Part shown: in pieces, positions 24,301 to 37,984 of the stretch | Numbering within the stretch: position 1 is the stretch's first letter | Layout: each line of letters begins with the position of its first letter | Assembly: GCF_964213995.1 (NCBI RefSeq) | Contig: NW_027590122.1 | Coordinates: 1,054,001-1,118,000, forward strand | Reading direction: 5' to 3' | DNA: 64,000 nt | DNA from: Mustelus asterias | Lineage: Eukaryota | Position numbers and translations under genes: made by a program | The notes under the pieces: model-generated | What the model saw: only the letters and a program-made list of their open reading frames with translations | Told to the model about the DNA's origin: nothing | Database searches by the model: none

Positions 24301-25060
24301 CAAGCTCGTCCCCAGCCTCTACACTTGTAGACCTAATTTTTTGATCCCCACCCCCCTGCCATATTAGTTTAAACCCACCCGAACTGCACGAGCAAAACTC
24401 CCAGCCAGGATATTCGTGCCCTTCCAATTTAGTTGTGACCCATCCTTCTTGTACAGGTGCCATCCTCTCTTGAAAACTTCCCAATGATCCAGGAAAATGA
24501 AGCCCTCCCTCCTGGACCAGTCCTTTAGCCAAGCGTTCAATTGTATTAACTCCCTATTCCTAGCCTCACTGGCACGAGACATTGGGAGCAGCCCAGCTAT
24601 TGCTACCCTGGAGGCCCTACCTTTTCGCCTATTTCCCAACTCCCTGAATTGCTCTCGTACGATCCCCCTGCTCTTCCTATCTACGTCATTTGCACCAATG
24701 TGTACAACGACATCCGTTTCTTTATCTTCCCCTTTTAATATGCCTCCTATCCGCTCGGAGACATCCAGTACCCCAACACCAGGTAGGCAGACTACCATCC
24801 TGGAGTCCCGTTCGCACCCACAGAATCGCCTGTCCATGCCTCGAACCGACGCATCCCCCACCACTATTGCTCTCCGAATTCCTCTCTTTCCTTTCCGGGC
24901 CACAGAACCTGATTCTGTGCCAGTGACCTGGTCACTGTGGCTTACCCCTGGAGAGTCATCCTCCTCCACACTATCCAAAGCAATATACTTGTTTTGGAGG
25001 GGGACAACCACAGGTGACCCCTCCATTAATTGCTCACTAAGAGCCAAGCCCTTCCTGCTA
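21361..25060 (-). mobile_element. Near full-length CR1 LINE with an ORF1 esterase domain and an ORF2 (APE endonuclease plus RT) broken by a stop and a frameshift
   Basis: ORF 24364-25047 is SGNH-esterase-like (AIVVGDAS, VVHIGANDV). ORF 23831-24532 is APE-like (VAVTETWL). ORFs 22363-23820 and 21596-22438 carry MGDFN, SDHN, DFSKAFD and FADD. The 3' tail is (acaaaga)n. Confidence 0.95.
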
Positions 25061-25252
25061 TGAGGAACTTTAAAAAATAAATTGGCTCCAATTGGCGGGA
25101 TCTGCCATGGGGAGCTGGTATCCTCATGATGGGCTCAGTGGCCTCCATTTGTGCTGCGCGACTACAAGAGCTCTCTGTCAACCAAACCAAATGCATGTCT
25201 TGCCATCACGTTAACAAAGAAGCAGAAGACACCCTTCATTAAAGACTGCAAA

Positions 25253-26450
25253 TTTATTCAATATTATAAGCGATGCATATGAAAAAATAACAAGGTGACA
25301 GATATGCACAAAGGTGTGATTAACGAACCAGAAGAGCATAAGACGGAGGAGTAGAAGTAGACCATTCGGCCCACAGGAGCTGCTTCGCCTTTCAATAAAA
25401 TCATGGTTGGTTTGATATTATCCTCAACTCCACTTTACCACCTTAGCCCCATAACTCTCGCTTCCCCTGACTAACCGGATGATCTTAAATGTGTACGAAT
25501 GTCCCATCTGTAAAATAACCTGAGAGCAATAACCTGATTTTAGGCTAAGCTCATGGCGAGATGTTCAAAAACTCTTGTTCATCTTACTTGTGAAATGCCG
25601 TGTCATGATAAAGCTCTGCACGGTGGCAAGTGGTGGCTCGATTATCTCTAAGGGCCCAGATGTACAGGCTGGGGATTGGTGCCTCCGTGGCACTGGGAGG
25701 AAAATCTGGAGTCCAAGATTAAGTACAGGAGAAAGAATATCACCTTGGCAACAGTCTAAAAGTTTGATGAAAATCCAATCAGATCCTTGCTGATTTAATG
25801 TATCTTACGCTCTTAAATTGCATGCATTAAAGTACAATGTTTAAAATAACTACCAGAGTAAAACAACCAAAAGGAACATGTGAGGTGCCATTACCTAGAT
25901 TGCCCTGTAAAGGGCTGCCATTGTCACTATGGGCTGAGTGGCTGCTTTCTCCGGAATAGGATTCTACTATTCTAAGCAAAGAATATAAAAATCGAAGTTC
26001 TATACGTCCTAAAATTGAAAATGCTGTTTTCAAAAATGTCTCCGACACTAATGCAGGCAGACACCATGTCAATGCTAGCTCCACGCTGTTGCTGAAATGC
26101 ATAATTGAAATGTTTATGTAGCATAAGCAGTAGAATTCACGCAGAACCACGAATTTCAAATCAAAATAACAGTGGAAAAAAGTTACCGAAATGAGGATCT
26201 TTTAAAATTAAGTCGCCATTTAAAACAAGCGAGATTGAAGTGCTTGAAGCGGAACTTCTGATCAGGAAGCCTCTGGATTTTGATACCCCAGTCAATGAGT
26301 TCACACCTGAATCCATTTCATCGTCCAATGCAGTTCTGTTTGGAATGGAAGGAGCAACAGTAGTAGCACATCAAAGAGTCAGCAAGCAAAGAACACCTTG
26401 TATCTTTAGGGTCTCCATTAACATTCTCCAATAATATTCTCAGAAGCCAC
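25253..26450 (-). other. Probable untranslated last exon of C-delta
   Basis: The TM exon ends in a splice donor 1 nt after the stop, so a UTR exon must follow. A candidate ttgcag acceptor lies near 26450 and AATAAA at 25253-25258. Boundaries are uncertain. Confidence 0.3.
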
Positions 26451-26932
26451 TGCAATTGCACAAGAACCCCGACAGTGCAGAAGGATGCGATTTGGCCCAT
26501 AGAGTCTGCACCGACTCTCCGAAAGAGCCACACAGCTCAAGACCAAGGGATGGGCGGAAAAAGTTAGGCTAGTCAGTGACACCCATAATTAAACAAAAAT
26601 CTGGAGAGGTTTAAGAAGTCAAGGCTGCGATTGGGAGCGGGGGTTGGCGGGCGGGGGCGGGGGGGGGGGGCGGGGGGGGGGCGGCGGGGGCGGGGGGGGG
26701 GGGGCGGCGGGGGCGGGGGAGGGGCGGTGGTGCGGTGGCAAGGGAGGGATGAAAAGCGATGAGGATGGGGCACTGGAGTAAGAGTTCGTTTCTCTAAATG
26801 CATCCAAGTTAATGCTCACTCCACGGGTTAGTTTCAGCGTCTGCCTTAACAGTGGCCTCGCGAGATCCCGTCAATGGACATTGTTCATCACAGTTTGTCT
26901 TTCTTGGCACGCATTCAGGTGACCGACCTTAC

Positions 26933-27043
26933 CTCAAAATAGCCACACCCTGGCCGTCATCATGACATTGAAGACAATGCTCTTGAAAAACAAAATTCTT
27001 AGCCCCATCACCGTCAAAGACAAAAAGTTCACCCTCAGTCGAT
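26933..27043 (-). CDS. TRDC: TCR delta constant exon 3 (transmembrane/cytoplasmic)
   Basis: ggcag acceptor, then DRLRVNFLSLTVMGLRILFFKSIVFNVMMTARVWLF*, carrying the conserved TM Arg and Lys of alpha/delta chains, then G|gtaag. Confidence 0.96.
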
Positions 27044-27485
27044 CTGCCAAAATAAGAGAAACAAATGATAGATCTGGTTTAATGGATATATGATTTGGTA
27101 TTGAAAAACAACTGTATACCTCTAATGTGATATTTTTTCCATTATCTAACAGCTTGACTTTCGTCCGTCTGTCCATCCCTGTCCGTCCGTCCGTCTGTCC
27201 ATCTCTGTCAGTCCGTCCGTCCGACCGTCTGCTTGCCTGTCTATCTATCTTCACCTCTCTTTCACTCTGAGTTTCTCTCTCTCTCCCCGCCTCTCCTCCT
27301 CTCTCGCTATCCCGCTCGATTGATATATCTCTCTCCCTCACTCTGTGTGACAATCTATCTTTTTCCCCATCTCACTATATGTTTATCATTCAATCTCCGG
27401 GTCTGTATCCGTGCCTATTTGTCCACTTATCAATCCGTCTATTTGCAAGTATTTTACTTTGATAAATGTTGAATAAAGCACATAC

Positions 27486-27548
27486 CGTTTTCCGTGTCAC
27501 TTGATTCTGTCAAGGAATCACTTCGACCTGTAGGGCATTTAGGTTTAT
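27486..27548 (-). CDS. TRDC: TCR delta constant exon 2 (connecting peptide with interchain Cys)
   Basis: 63-nt phase-1 exon between a ttccag acceptor and a gtatgt donor, encoding DKPKCPTGRSDSLTESSDTEN. Confidence 0.92.
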
Positions 27549-28464
27549 CTGGAAGGGCAAAAATGACATTTGACTTATTAAGTGAGCAAGTGACATTACT
27601 GTAACCATGTTTGTTCTCAATATCACTTTGAATAATGTTGTTGTCATAACCAAAAGCCACGAAGAAAGTAAGAATCAAACAGCACGATTGGACTTGTTCA
27701 CTTGATTATTCACAACGGAGAAACATTGGTAGCTCTGCCATTTAGTTCGTCCCAATTCTGAGTTCAAAGAGTGCAGGGTAGATTCCCCATCAGGGATTAA
27801 AACCCAGGATCCAGAGCCGTTCCATCAGTGCAGTATTTCACTGTCTTCCGAAAACGTCGTCAAACCGAGGCCTGATTTCAGCTCTGCAGTGGATTAAATG
27901 ATATCAGGGCATTTCTCCAGAGGAACGGGATTCTCCAGTACCCTGGTTAGTATTTAATACGTTCCTAAATTCGGTGATGTACCAGCAGTTACGGGTCCTG
28001 CACACTGCCCTGAATTATAATAGTTAGCTCTTATTATTTTTATTCATTTACGGAATGTGGACATCACTGGCAGGTCAGCATTTATTGCCAATCCCTAATT
28101 GCCCCCTTCAGAAGATGGTTGTGAGTCTCCTGCTTGAACCTCTGCAGTCTGTCAGGGGTACGTACACACACAGTGCTGTTAGGGAAGAAGTTCCACCATT
28201 TTGACTCTGCGACAGTGAAGGAACTGCCGAAACATTTCCAAGTCAGGATGCTGAGTGACATGGAGGGTAACGTCCAGATGATGGTGTTCCCAGGTATCTG
28301 CTGCCCTTGTCCTCCGAGATGATAACGGTCGTGAGTTTGGAAGATTCAGCGGAAGGAGACTTGGAGAGTTACTGCTGTGTATCTTGTGGATGGCACACAC
28401 TGCTGCCATTGTGCTTCGGTGGTGGAAGAAGTGGATGTTTGTGAATAGAGTACTTAATGCTTGA

Positions 28465-28840
28465 GCCGCACAGTGGCACAGTGGTTAGTACTGCTGCACC
28501 GCCACCCCCCCCCCCCCCCAACGCCCCGCCACTCCCCTCCGCCCCCCCCCCCCCCCCGCCACTCCCCCCCGCCCACAGTGTCAGGGACCTGTGTTCGATT
28601 CCCAGCTTGGGTGACTGTCTGTGCAGAGTCTGCACGTTTTCCTCGTGTCAGCGTGGGTTTGATCCGGGCGCTCCGGTTTCCTCCCACAGTCCGAAAGACG
28701 TGCTGATTAGATGCATTGGCCATGCTAAATTCTCCCTCAGTGTACCCGAACAGGCACAGAGTGTGGCGACTATGGGATTGTCACAATAAATTCATTGCAG
28801 TTTTAATGTAAGCCGACTTGTGACACTCATAAACACACTG
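28465..28840 (+). mobile_element. HE1-like V-SINE with an internal poly-C expansion
   Basis: The SINE head gtggcacagtggttagtactgctgc is interrupted by a C-rich tract at about 28500-28575. Confidence 0.7.
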
Positions 28841-29104
28841 TTAATCAAGCGGAGCTGCTTTGTCCTGGGTCGTGTCAAATGTCTGAGTGTTATTGGAGCT
28901 GCATTCATCGAGGCAAGTGGCGAATACACTACCACAGTCATGATTATGTCTTGTGGATGGGGCAGAGAATTTGGGGGATGAGGAGATACGTTACTCACCA
29001 CAGGATTCCCAATCTCCGACATTCTCTTGCAGCTACAGCACTTATATGGATAGTCCAGTTCAGTTTCTGAGCAACGTTAACCCTCAGGATGTTGATAGTG
29101 GGGG

Positions 29105-29485
29105 TTGACCTGATAGAAGTCTACAGGATTATGAGAGGCATGGACAGAGTGGATAGTTAGAAGCTTTTTCCCAGGGTGGAAGAGTCAATTACTCGGGGGC
29201 ATAGATTTAAGGTGCGAGGGGCAAGGTTTAAAGGAGACGTACGAGGCAGAGTTTTTACACAGAAGGTGGTGCGTGCCTGGAACTCGCTGCCGGGGGAGGT
29301 AGTGGAAGGAGATATGATAGTGAGTTTTAAGGGACATCTGGACAAATACATGAATAAGATGGGAATAGAGCGATATGGTCCCCGGAAGGGAAAGGGGTTT
29401 TAGTTAAGTCGGGCAGCATCGTCGGTGCAGGCTTGGAGGGCCGAAGGGCCTGTTCCTGTGCTGTAATTTTCTTTGTTCTTTGTTT
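29105..29485 (+). mobile_element. CR1 3' end
   Basis: TRGHRFKV...VFTQKVVRAWNSLP followed by a ttctttg tail. Confidence 0.85.
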
Positions 29486-30273
29486 CAGTCATGGTAATGC
29501 CATTAAATGTCAAGAGCCGGTTGTTAGCTTCTTTCCTGTTGGAGTTGGTCATTGCCTGGAACATGTGTGGCGCAAATGTTACTTGCAGCTTGTCAGTCAA
29601 AGCCTCGGTATTGTCCAGCTATTGGTGCATTTGTAATGCACTACTTCAAGATCTGAGGTGTCATGAATGGTGCTGAAAATTGTTCAGTCATCAGCGAACA
29701 TCCCAACTTCTGACCTTACAATGGATTGAAGGTGATTGATGAAGCAACTGAAGCTGGTTAGGCCTGAGACACTGAGGAACTCCTGCAGTGAAGTCCCCAG
29801 ACTAGGATAATTGACCGTCAATCATTAGTCAGCTAATCTTTCAAAAAGACTACACTTTGAGTGACGATGACACCGAGAGTCCTTAGGTCGTTAAGAGGAT
29901 GGATAATATTTAGTGCAAGTTCTTCCTGTCATAAAACATTCTGAGAGGAGGCAGTGGCGCAGTGGCATTGTCACTGGACTGGTAATCCAACGACCCAGAA
30001 TGCTGACCTGGGGATGGCAGCTGCGAAATTTGAACATTTTTTTAAAAATTGGAATTAAAAGTTTCATGATGACCCTGAAACCATTGTCGATTATCATTAA
30101 AACTCATCTGGTTCACTAACTTCCTTCAGCGAACGAAATCTGCCGTCCTTACATGGTCTGGCCGGCAAGTGACTCTTAAATGTCTTCTGCTGAAGGGCAA
30201 TTTAGGATGGGCAATAAATGTTGGCCAAGCCAACGACACCCACATCACGTGAACGAAAATAAAATAAACTTAC

Positions 30274-30585
30274 CAATTTCAACTGTGGGCGGGATGTTTA
30301 CTGAGTAATTTCGATTATCGTGAAATGCCTTGCACGTGATGTTTGGCGATTTCTCGGATTGGCGGAAAGAGAGAAAACCCGAGCTCCTGTAATTCCCGCT
30401 CTCCAATAGGACACTGGATCTTGTCACATTGACCTCCTGGCCGGATCCCGTGTACAGGGAGAGCTGGATTGCGTTGGGCGAGAAGTCCGAGGCCAAGCAT
30501 ACTGCAGCTGTGTCGATGCCGGTGGCTCCCCGTGGCACTGGCGGGTAAAAGACGCTCAATTTAGGCTCCACCGGGCCTTTCGCCT
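30274..30585 (-). CDS. TRDC: TCR delta constant exon 1 (Ig C1 domain)
   Basis: 312-nt phase-1 exon (ttcag acceptor, gtaagt donor) encoding AKGPVEPKLSVFYPPVPRGATGIDTAAVCLASDFSPNAIQLSLYTGSGQEVNVTRSSVLLESGNYRSSGFLSFRQSEKSPNITCKAFHDNRNYSVNIPPTVEI. PKLSVFY, AAVCL and SSGFL resemble shark C-delta, and an upstream D segment fits delta rather than alpha. Confidence 0.93.
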
Positions 30586-30796
30586 CTGAAAATTTAATAA
30601 ATAAAAGGAAATGATCAGAATCCAACAGAGGGAACTCCTCCAACCTGCTGAGCCATTCGATTAGACCCGCATTTTTTCTATCTCTTAACCCTATGTGAGT
30701 TTCTCCATGAATTTACCGAATGCTGAGACTGGATAATTAGGGCGTTTTCGCTTGGCACAGAGAAGGCTGAGGAGTGACGCCTCTCTTTCTCTCTCC

Positions 30797-30832
<36 letters not shown>

Positions 30833-30964
30833 TTCACACGCACACATGCCCAGGCATATAAGCAGATAGACGGACATGCATAGACACATATGCACACAAA
30901 CGCACACACACATACACACACACGCGCGCGCACACATATACATACACACACACACAAACGGATG

Positions 30965-31730
30965 AACATAGAAACATAGATGAGTACAGCACAGAACAGG
31001 CCCTTCGGCCCGCGATGTTGTGCCGAGCTTTATCTGAAACCAAGATCAAGCTATCCCACTCCCTATCATCCTGGTGTGCTCCATGTGCCTATCCAATAAC
31101 CGCTTAAATGTTCCTAAAGTGTCTGACTCCACGATCACTGCAGGCAGACCATTCCACACCCCAACCACTCTCTGCGTAAAGAACCTACCTCTGATATCCT
31201 TCCTATATCTCCCACCACGAACCCTATAGTTATGCCCCCTTGTAATAGCTCCATCCACCCGAGGAAATAGTCTTTGAACGTTCACTCTATCAATCCCCTT
31301 CATCATTTTATAAACCTCTATTAAGTCTCCCCTCAGCCTCCTCCGCTCCAGAGAGAACAGCCCTAGCTCCCTCAACCTTTCCTCATAAGACCTACCCTCC
31401 AAACCAGGTAGCATCCTGGTAAATCTCCTCTGCACTCTTTCCAGCGCTTCCACATCCTTCTTATAGCGAGGTGACCAGAACTGCACACAATATTCCAAAT
31501 GTGGTCTCACCAAGGTCCTGTACAGTTGCAGCATAACCCCACGGCTCTTAAACTCCACACACTATAGGCCTTCTTCACAGCTCTATCCACTTGAGTGGCA
31601 ACCTTTAGAGATCTGTGGATATGGACCCCAAGATCTCTCTGTTCCTCCACAGTCTTCAGAACCGTACCTTTGACCCCGTAATCCACATTTAAATTAGTCC
31701 TACCAAAATGAATCACCTCACATTTATCAG
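30965..31730 (-). mobile_element. CR1 3' fragment in the J-C intron
   Basis: ORF 31046-31558 (RPHLEYCVQFWSP, FFTQRVV) and an (aacatag)n tail. Confidence 0.9.
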
Positions 31731-33392
31731 GTGAGATCCTAAATGAATATTTCTCATCAGTCTTTACTGTTGAGAAAAGCATGGTTGTTAGGGAACTTGG
31801 GGAAATAAATAGTGATGTCTTAAGGAGTGTACATATAACAGAGAAAGAGGTGCTGGAAGTCTTAAAGCGCATTGAGGTAGATAAATCCCCGGGAACTGAT
31901 GAAGTGTATCCCAGGATATTGTGGGAGGCTAGGGAGGAATTTGCGGGTTCCCGAGCAGAGATATTTAAATCATTGTTAGTCATAGGTGAGGTGCCTGAAG
32001 ATTGGAGGGTGGCAAATGTTGTGCCTTTGTTTAAAAAGGGCTGCAGGGAAAAGCCTGGGAACTACAGGCCAGTGAGTCTCACATCTGTGGTGGGTAAGTT
32101 GTTGGAACGTATTTTGAGAGACAGGATCTACAGGCATTTAGAAATGCAAGGACTGATTAGGGACAGCCAGCATGGCTTTGTGAGTTTGAGTTTTTGAAGG
32201 GATAGCCAAGAAGGTAGTTGATGTTGTCGACATGGAATTTAGCAAGGTCTTTGTCAAGTTTCCACATGGTAGGTTGTTTGTAAGGTTAAATCTCACGGGA
32301 TCCAGGGTGAGGAAGCCAAATGGATACAAAATTGGCTTAATCACAGAAGCCAGAGGTTGGTTGTAGACGTTGTTTTTCAAACTGGAGGCCTGTGACCAGC
32401 GGAGTGCCTCAGGGATCAGTGTTGGGTCCAATGTTATTTGTCATCTATATTAATGATTTGGATGAAAATATAGGAGGCATGGTTGGTAAGTTTGCAGGTG
32501 ACACCAAGATTTGTGGCATAGTGGACAGTGCGGAAGGTTATTTCGGATTGCAATGGGATCTCGATCAATTGGGCCAGTGGGCTGACGAGTGGCAGACAGA
32601 GTTTAATTTAGACAAATGCGAGATGAGGCATTTTGGTAGATTGAACCAGGGCAGGACTTACTCAGTTAATGGTTGGGCGTTGGGGAGACTTACAGAACAA
32701 AGAGATCTAGGGGTACACGTTCATAGCTCCTTGAAAGTGGAGTCACAGGTGGACAGAATGGTGAAGACGGCATTCAGCAGGCTTGGTTTCACTGGTCAGA
32801 ACATTGAATATCGGAGTTGGGACGTCTTGTTGAAGTTGTACAAGACATTGTTAAGGCCACACTTTGAATACTGTGTACAGTTCTGATCACCCTATTATAG
32901 AAATGATATGATTAAACTAGAAAGAGTGCAGAAAAGATTTTCTGGGATGCTACTGGGACTTGATGGTTTGAGTTAGAAGGAGAGGCTGGATAGACTGGAC
33001 TTTTTTCTCTGGAGCGTAGAAGGCTGAGGGGTGATCTCATAGAGGTCTATAAAATAATGAGGGGCATAGATCAGTTAGATAGTCAAAGGTAGGGGAATCT
33101 GAAACTAGAGGGCATAGGTTTAAGGTGAGAGGGAGAGATACAAAAGTGTCCACAGGGGCATTTTTTTTCGCACAGAGGGTGGTGAGTGTCTGGAAGAAGC
33201 TGCCAGAGGTAGTAGTAGAGGCAGGTACAATTTTGTCTTTTAAAAAGCATTTAGACAGTTACATGGTACGATAGGTTTAGAGGGATTTGGGCCAAATGCA
33301 GGCATTTGGGGCTAGCTTCGGGCTTAAGAAAATGGCGCCATGAAAAAGTTGGGCCAAAGGGCCTGTTTCCAAGTTGTAAACCTCTATGATTC
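31731..33392 (+). mobile_element. CR1 LINE fragment, same family as 3170-5000
   Basis: ORFs 31781-32197 and 32392-32886 carry CR1 RT motifs. Confidence 0.9.
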
Positions 33393-35549
33393 TACGACAC
33401 TATGACACACACATGCATCTGGAAGCATGCATACCCCCCCCCCCGCCCCTCCACCCCCTCCCCTCCACACACACACACACACACTGAGACATTGAGAGAC
33501 ACACACACCCAGCACCACACACAAACACGAGAGTCTGGATTTGGGGACCAAATAAAATATTTCCAATCTTGCTGATGAGCACAGCTAATGGTGAGGAGGA
33601 TGCAAGGGGGACTTGAAGGGAATTGGGACAGGCTGAGTCAATGGGCAAGAACATGGCAGATGGAATAAAACTGAATATGTGTGAAGTTATCCACTCTGGC
33701 GGAAAAAAAACATCAGAAAGGCAGAGTATTTCCTAAACAGTGCGAGATTGGACAGAGTTGTTGCCAGAGAGAGCTGGATGTCCTTGTTCATGGGTCAGTA
33801 AAAATTAGCATGTAGGCACAGCAAGACATGTGGAAGGCAAATGCTCCATATTTGTGCAATCAAATAGGAGCGCGAGAGCGCGAGTGAGCGTGTGTGTGTG
33901 TGTGTGTGTGTGTACCATGATCTGTTTGAAAGTTGGAGCATTATTTTTGGCCAAATGGCCTACTCCTGCTCTTATGTCCCTTTGAGACTGAAATACTTTT
34001 GCACGTCGCAGACACTCACACAGGCAAGCATGGACGTACGGGCACACAGGCGTACACACACAAACATACACACACACGCACAGATCGAGAGACAATCAGA
34101 CTGAGAGACAGACATGCCCAGAAACAAACACAGAGACTGGAACACACCCAGAAACTTGATGTGGAGACCAAATAAAATAGTTCAAACCTTGCTGATGGCA
34201 CAGACATAATGGAGAGGAGGATGCAATGGGGGCTTCAAGGAGATTTGGACAGGCTGAGTGAATGCGCAAAGACATGGCAGATGGGATAAAAAGTAACTAA
34301 GTATGAAGTTATCCACTATGGTTGGGGGAAATAAAACAGAAATACAGAATATTACCTGCATGATGCGAGGTTGAAAAGAGTTGACTTCTCGAGAGACCTG
34401 TTCATGAAAAGCTAGCATTCAGGTACAGCAAACAATGAGGAAGGCAAATGCTACGCTTGTGTGTCACAAAATATTAATGTGAGTGTGCGTGTGTTTGTGT
34501 GTTTCTGTGTGTGCTTTTGTATGGGTGGGTGCGTGTGTGAATGTGTGTGAATGTGCCATGATCAGTTTGAATGTTCGATCAGTATTGATGGGCCAAATAC
34601 CTGCTCCTATGTTGATTCGAGACTTGAATACATACACACGCCGCAGACAGTCACACAGGCAGGTATGGACATACAGGCGTACAAACAAACTCACGCACAA
34701 ACACACACGCGCACACGCACGCACGCACAAATACACACACACAGATATATCTATACAGAATGATATGCAGTATAGTTGTATTTATTAAGACAATATGATA
34801 GAATGTGATAGAATGCTTAATATGCTAGTTTGCAAATGACACAATATGCAGCATTGTAAGCAGCATAGCTGGAAGCATCAAATTGCAAAGAAATATTAAT
34901 ATTTTGTGAATGGATAAAACTAATGGATGTTTTCATTGCAGGGAAATGTAAGTTAACGCACCTTAGAATTAAAAATCAATGAACCATGTTGGTTATAAAT
35001 GTCCATATGCTAAGACTAAGGATTGATCAACAAATGTCTTTATTCAAAGTCTTTAGACAGGTGAAGAACACAGAATGCATAAACACTGAGAGACCGAAAA
35101 TATATTCGGAGCTTAATATTCATGTTTGAATGTGAAGATCTGAGATCAGGATTGAAATAAAGAAGAGTCCGCAATCAGAACCGGCAACATTTTTGTTCTG
35201 GTTTTCACAAAATTAAAATTCAGCATTTAAAAATTCCTTGAACAGAGCAGGAGGAGAAGAAATTTTACTCTGTAAGCTGTATGTATGTTCAGAGTACCCG
35301 ATTAACAGTGTAGATGATGTTTAACTCTAAAACGCTGGAATTTAGTTAAGGAGTGACTTAATCATTCCCAAACGGAGAGGGTTGATAAACAGGAACATTT
35401 GCTGCTGGTTGGGGAGTCCAAGATTTAAGCAAATTAGATTTTAGACGATGTTTAATGTTTAAGACTTTCAGGAGCGAAATCAGGAAATATTTTTCAACTT
35501 AATACCTCACTTTCCTCCATTAAGACATTTTCTAAATCCAATCCTTCTT

Positions 35550-36100
35550 TGACGAAATCTAATATTGTGTGCAGTTTTGGTCTCCTTTCGAAGAAAAAAA
35601 TAAACTTGCAATAGAAAGAATGCAGAAAAAGTACACCAGACTGATTTTTAGGATGGCAGGATTGTCGTTTTCGGAGAGGCGACTGCATCTGTATTCACTT
35701 GGAGTTTAGAACATGAGAGGCGATGTCATTGAAATATACAGAATTTTAGCAGGGATGAGCAGACTGGATGCAGGGATGTTGTTTCCTTTGACGGGGTGGG
35801 GTCTAGAAAAAGGGATCAAAGTTTCAGTGTTCAGGGTTGGACATTTAAGTCTGAGATGAGGAAACATTTCTTCACTCAGAGGCTGGTGAAACTAATTCTC
35901 GACCACAGAAGTTTGTGGATGCGAAATCAGTGAATATATTTTAAAAGGAAATATATTACTGTACTCTAAAGGTGTCAAGAATTATGAGGTGAGGGATAGT
36001 ATGGTGTTGAGTTACAGTTTCAGCCACGGTCGTGTCGAATGGCAGAGCAGGGTCTAAGTGTCGAATGGCCTACCCGTGCTCCTATTTTCTATCTTTCTCT
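35550..36100 (+). mobile_element. Old CR1 3' fragment
   Basis: Degenerate CR1 3' end (ttcttcactcagaggctggtgaa...gaatggcctacccgtgctcctattttct). Confidence 0.65.
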
Positions 36101-37927
36101 ATATTATATATGTCCATGAAGGAAAGTGCTGGATGATGGCACTGAATGTTAATTCTTTGATAAAGATCACAAGACGAAATTAATCACAGTGATATCTGAC
36201 TCTGTAACAAACTTTTGATTGAAACTATCACTAAACATTCTTCATGCAACATTGTGGGATGGTTGCAGCGAAATGGCAATGTCATTAGATTAGCAGCACG
36301 GAGACCCAGACTAATTCCCCTGAAGAAATGGGTTCAATTCCCGCCCCAGCACTTGGAGTAATTTCAAATAAATTGATCGAAGTGTAGCATCCAGTAAAAA
36401 CTCCGGCAACTATCGACGATTGCCGTTAAAAAAGCATTGTCGTTCATTGGTTGGTATCTTATCTTTGCAGCAAAAAGCTTTGAATATGATCTCGGACAAA
36501 GGGCTAATTCAGAATTCATGCTTTTTGGGGTAATATATTCGCATGGATAGAGGGTTGGCTAATCGATAGGATACAGAGAGTTGGGATTAGAAGAGCATTT
36601 TGAGGATGACAATCTGTTACAAGTGGAGTGCCTCAGCGATTAATGCTCGGGTCACAATTATTTACAATATACATAATGACTTGGATGTGGAAAGTGAATT
36701 TACTATTGCCAAGTTTGCGAATGAAAAAGGACTTCTGCCATGGGTTGTAAATGCCCATTTCGATCAACAATGTCCTTTGGAGAAGGAAATATGTTTTGGA
36801 TCCAAGAAGCAATGTCGTGGAACCTGAAATTGCCCAGTGGGCAATTAGGATTTGATTTGATTTGATTTGATTTAATGCCCACATCAAAGAAATAAAAATA
36901 AAATTATGATTTTTTGAGTCCAATGTGACACTACTGGAGCTACAAAGACTGGACACTGCAATTTTAGGACGAGCTGAGCTGGATATTCAGCTGCGCAAAT
37001 TCATTATATCAGTGTAATGTTCTCAATTGCCTTCCCACATGATGCTGCCTCCCTGTCCATCATAGAGCTGGTAATGACATTAAATAAGCTTATCCTTACT
37101 GGTCACATGCTGAACCCAGTAAGTGAACAGACTGCTGAGTGTGGGTGTCTCACTGCAGTGATTAGTAAATGTGCAGGAACAATTTTCAAGACAGAAACTT
37201 CGCATTGCAGCAGCTGAGCCATATTTACCTCATGGAGGACAGAATAAAGACATTTAATTTGCACTTTTTCGGGAGCGCGTATACAAATTTCACACAAAGT
37301 CAAGCCAAGGATGCTCACATGTTTTTCGTGTGAGATTAAATGTCACTGATTTGCAAAGATTACAGGACGATATGGGCGAGCTGGTCAGACAGGTAGAACA
37401 GTAGCAAACGGAATTTAAACCTGAAAAGTGTGAGGTGGTGCATTTTGCGAGGGGTCACAAGGCAAGGGAATACACAATGAACTGTAGGACGCGAGAAAGT
37501 GCAGAGGACCAGAGGGACCTGGTCCTCTGGTCCTCTGCAAGTCCAAAGATTATTGATGCCATAGCATATAAGGCTGCAACCAAGTCTTGAGAAATGCGAT
37601 GGAATAGATAGGGGTTTAATGGCTGGAGCAGGCACAATGGGTCGCAGGGCCTCCTCCTGTTCTGTAAAACACAATGACGATGACTCCACTGTTCCCGAAG
37701 CAAAAGCGATGCGCCTAATGGTCTCCTCCATCGTTGTAGGAGTCTAATAATTTGCTGTTGTGAGAGGACATTTTAATTTTTCACTCCACCCCTCTCGCCC
37801 CCTGCTCTTCCCAATCAACTCAACAGCAGCTATTACAGGACAAAGATTCTTTACAGGTGTATTTGAATCGGACATTACTTTTTAAAACTATAACCAGACA
37901 CAAAATGCAGAAAATAGTTTCACTTAC

Positions 37928-37984
37928 TGGGTTCTACAGTGAGTTTGGTTCCACTGCCAAAGATAAGCATAGTTGCATAGTTTG
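37928..37984 (-). CDS. TRDJ: TCR delta J segment (C-proximal), functional
   Basis: Encodes NYATMLIFGSGTKLTVEP with a gtaagt donor. The 12-RSS CGATTTTGT-12-CACTGTG lies at 37985-38012. Confidence 0.93.

Noticed and set aside
26636-26750. G-rich tract and proline-rich ORFs in the last C-delta intron
   Set aside because: This is a low-complexity homopolymer run, like others in the window, with no evidence of coding or switch-region function.
30274-30585. C-alpha or IgH constant interpretation
   Set aside because: The upstream D with 12/23 RSS, the small number of Js, and a single C domain plus hinge and an R/K-bearing TM exon fit TCR delta.
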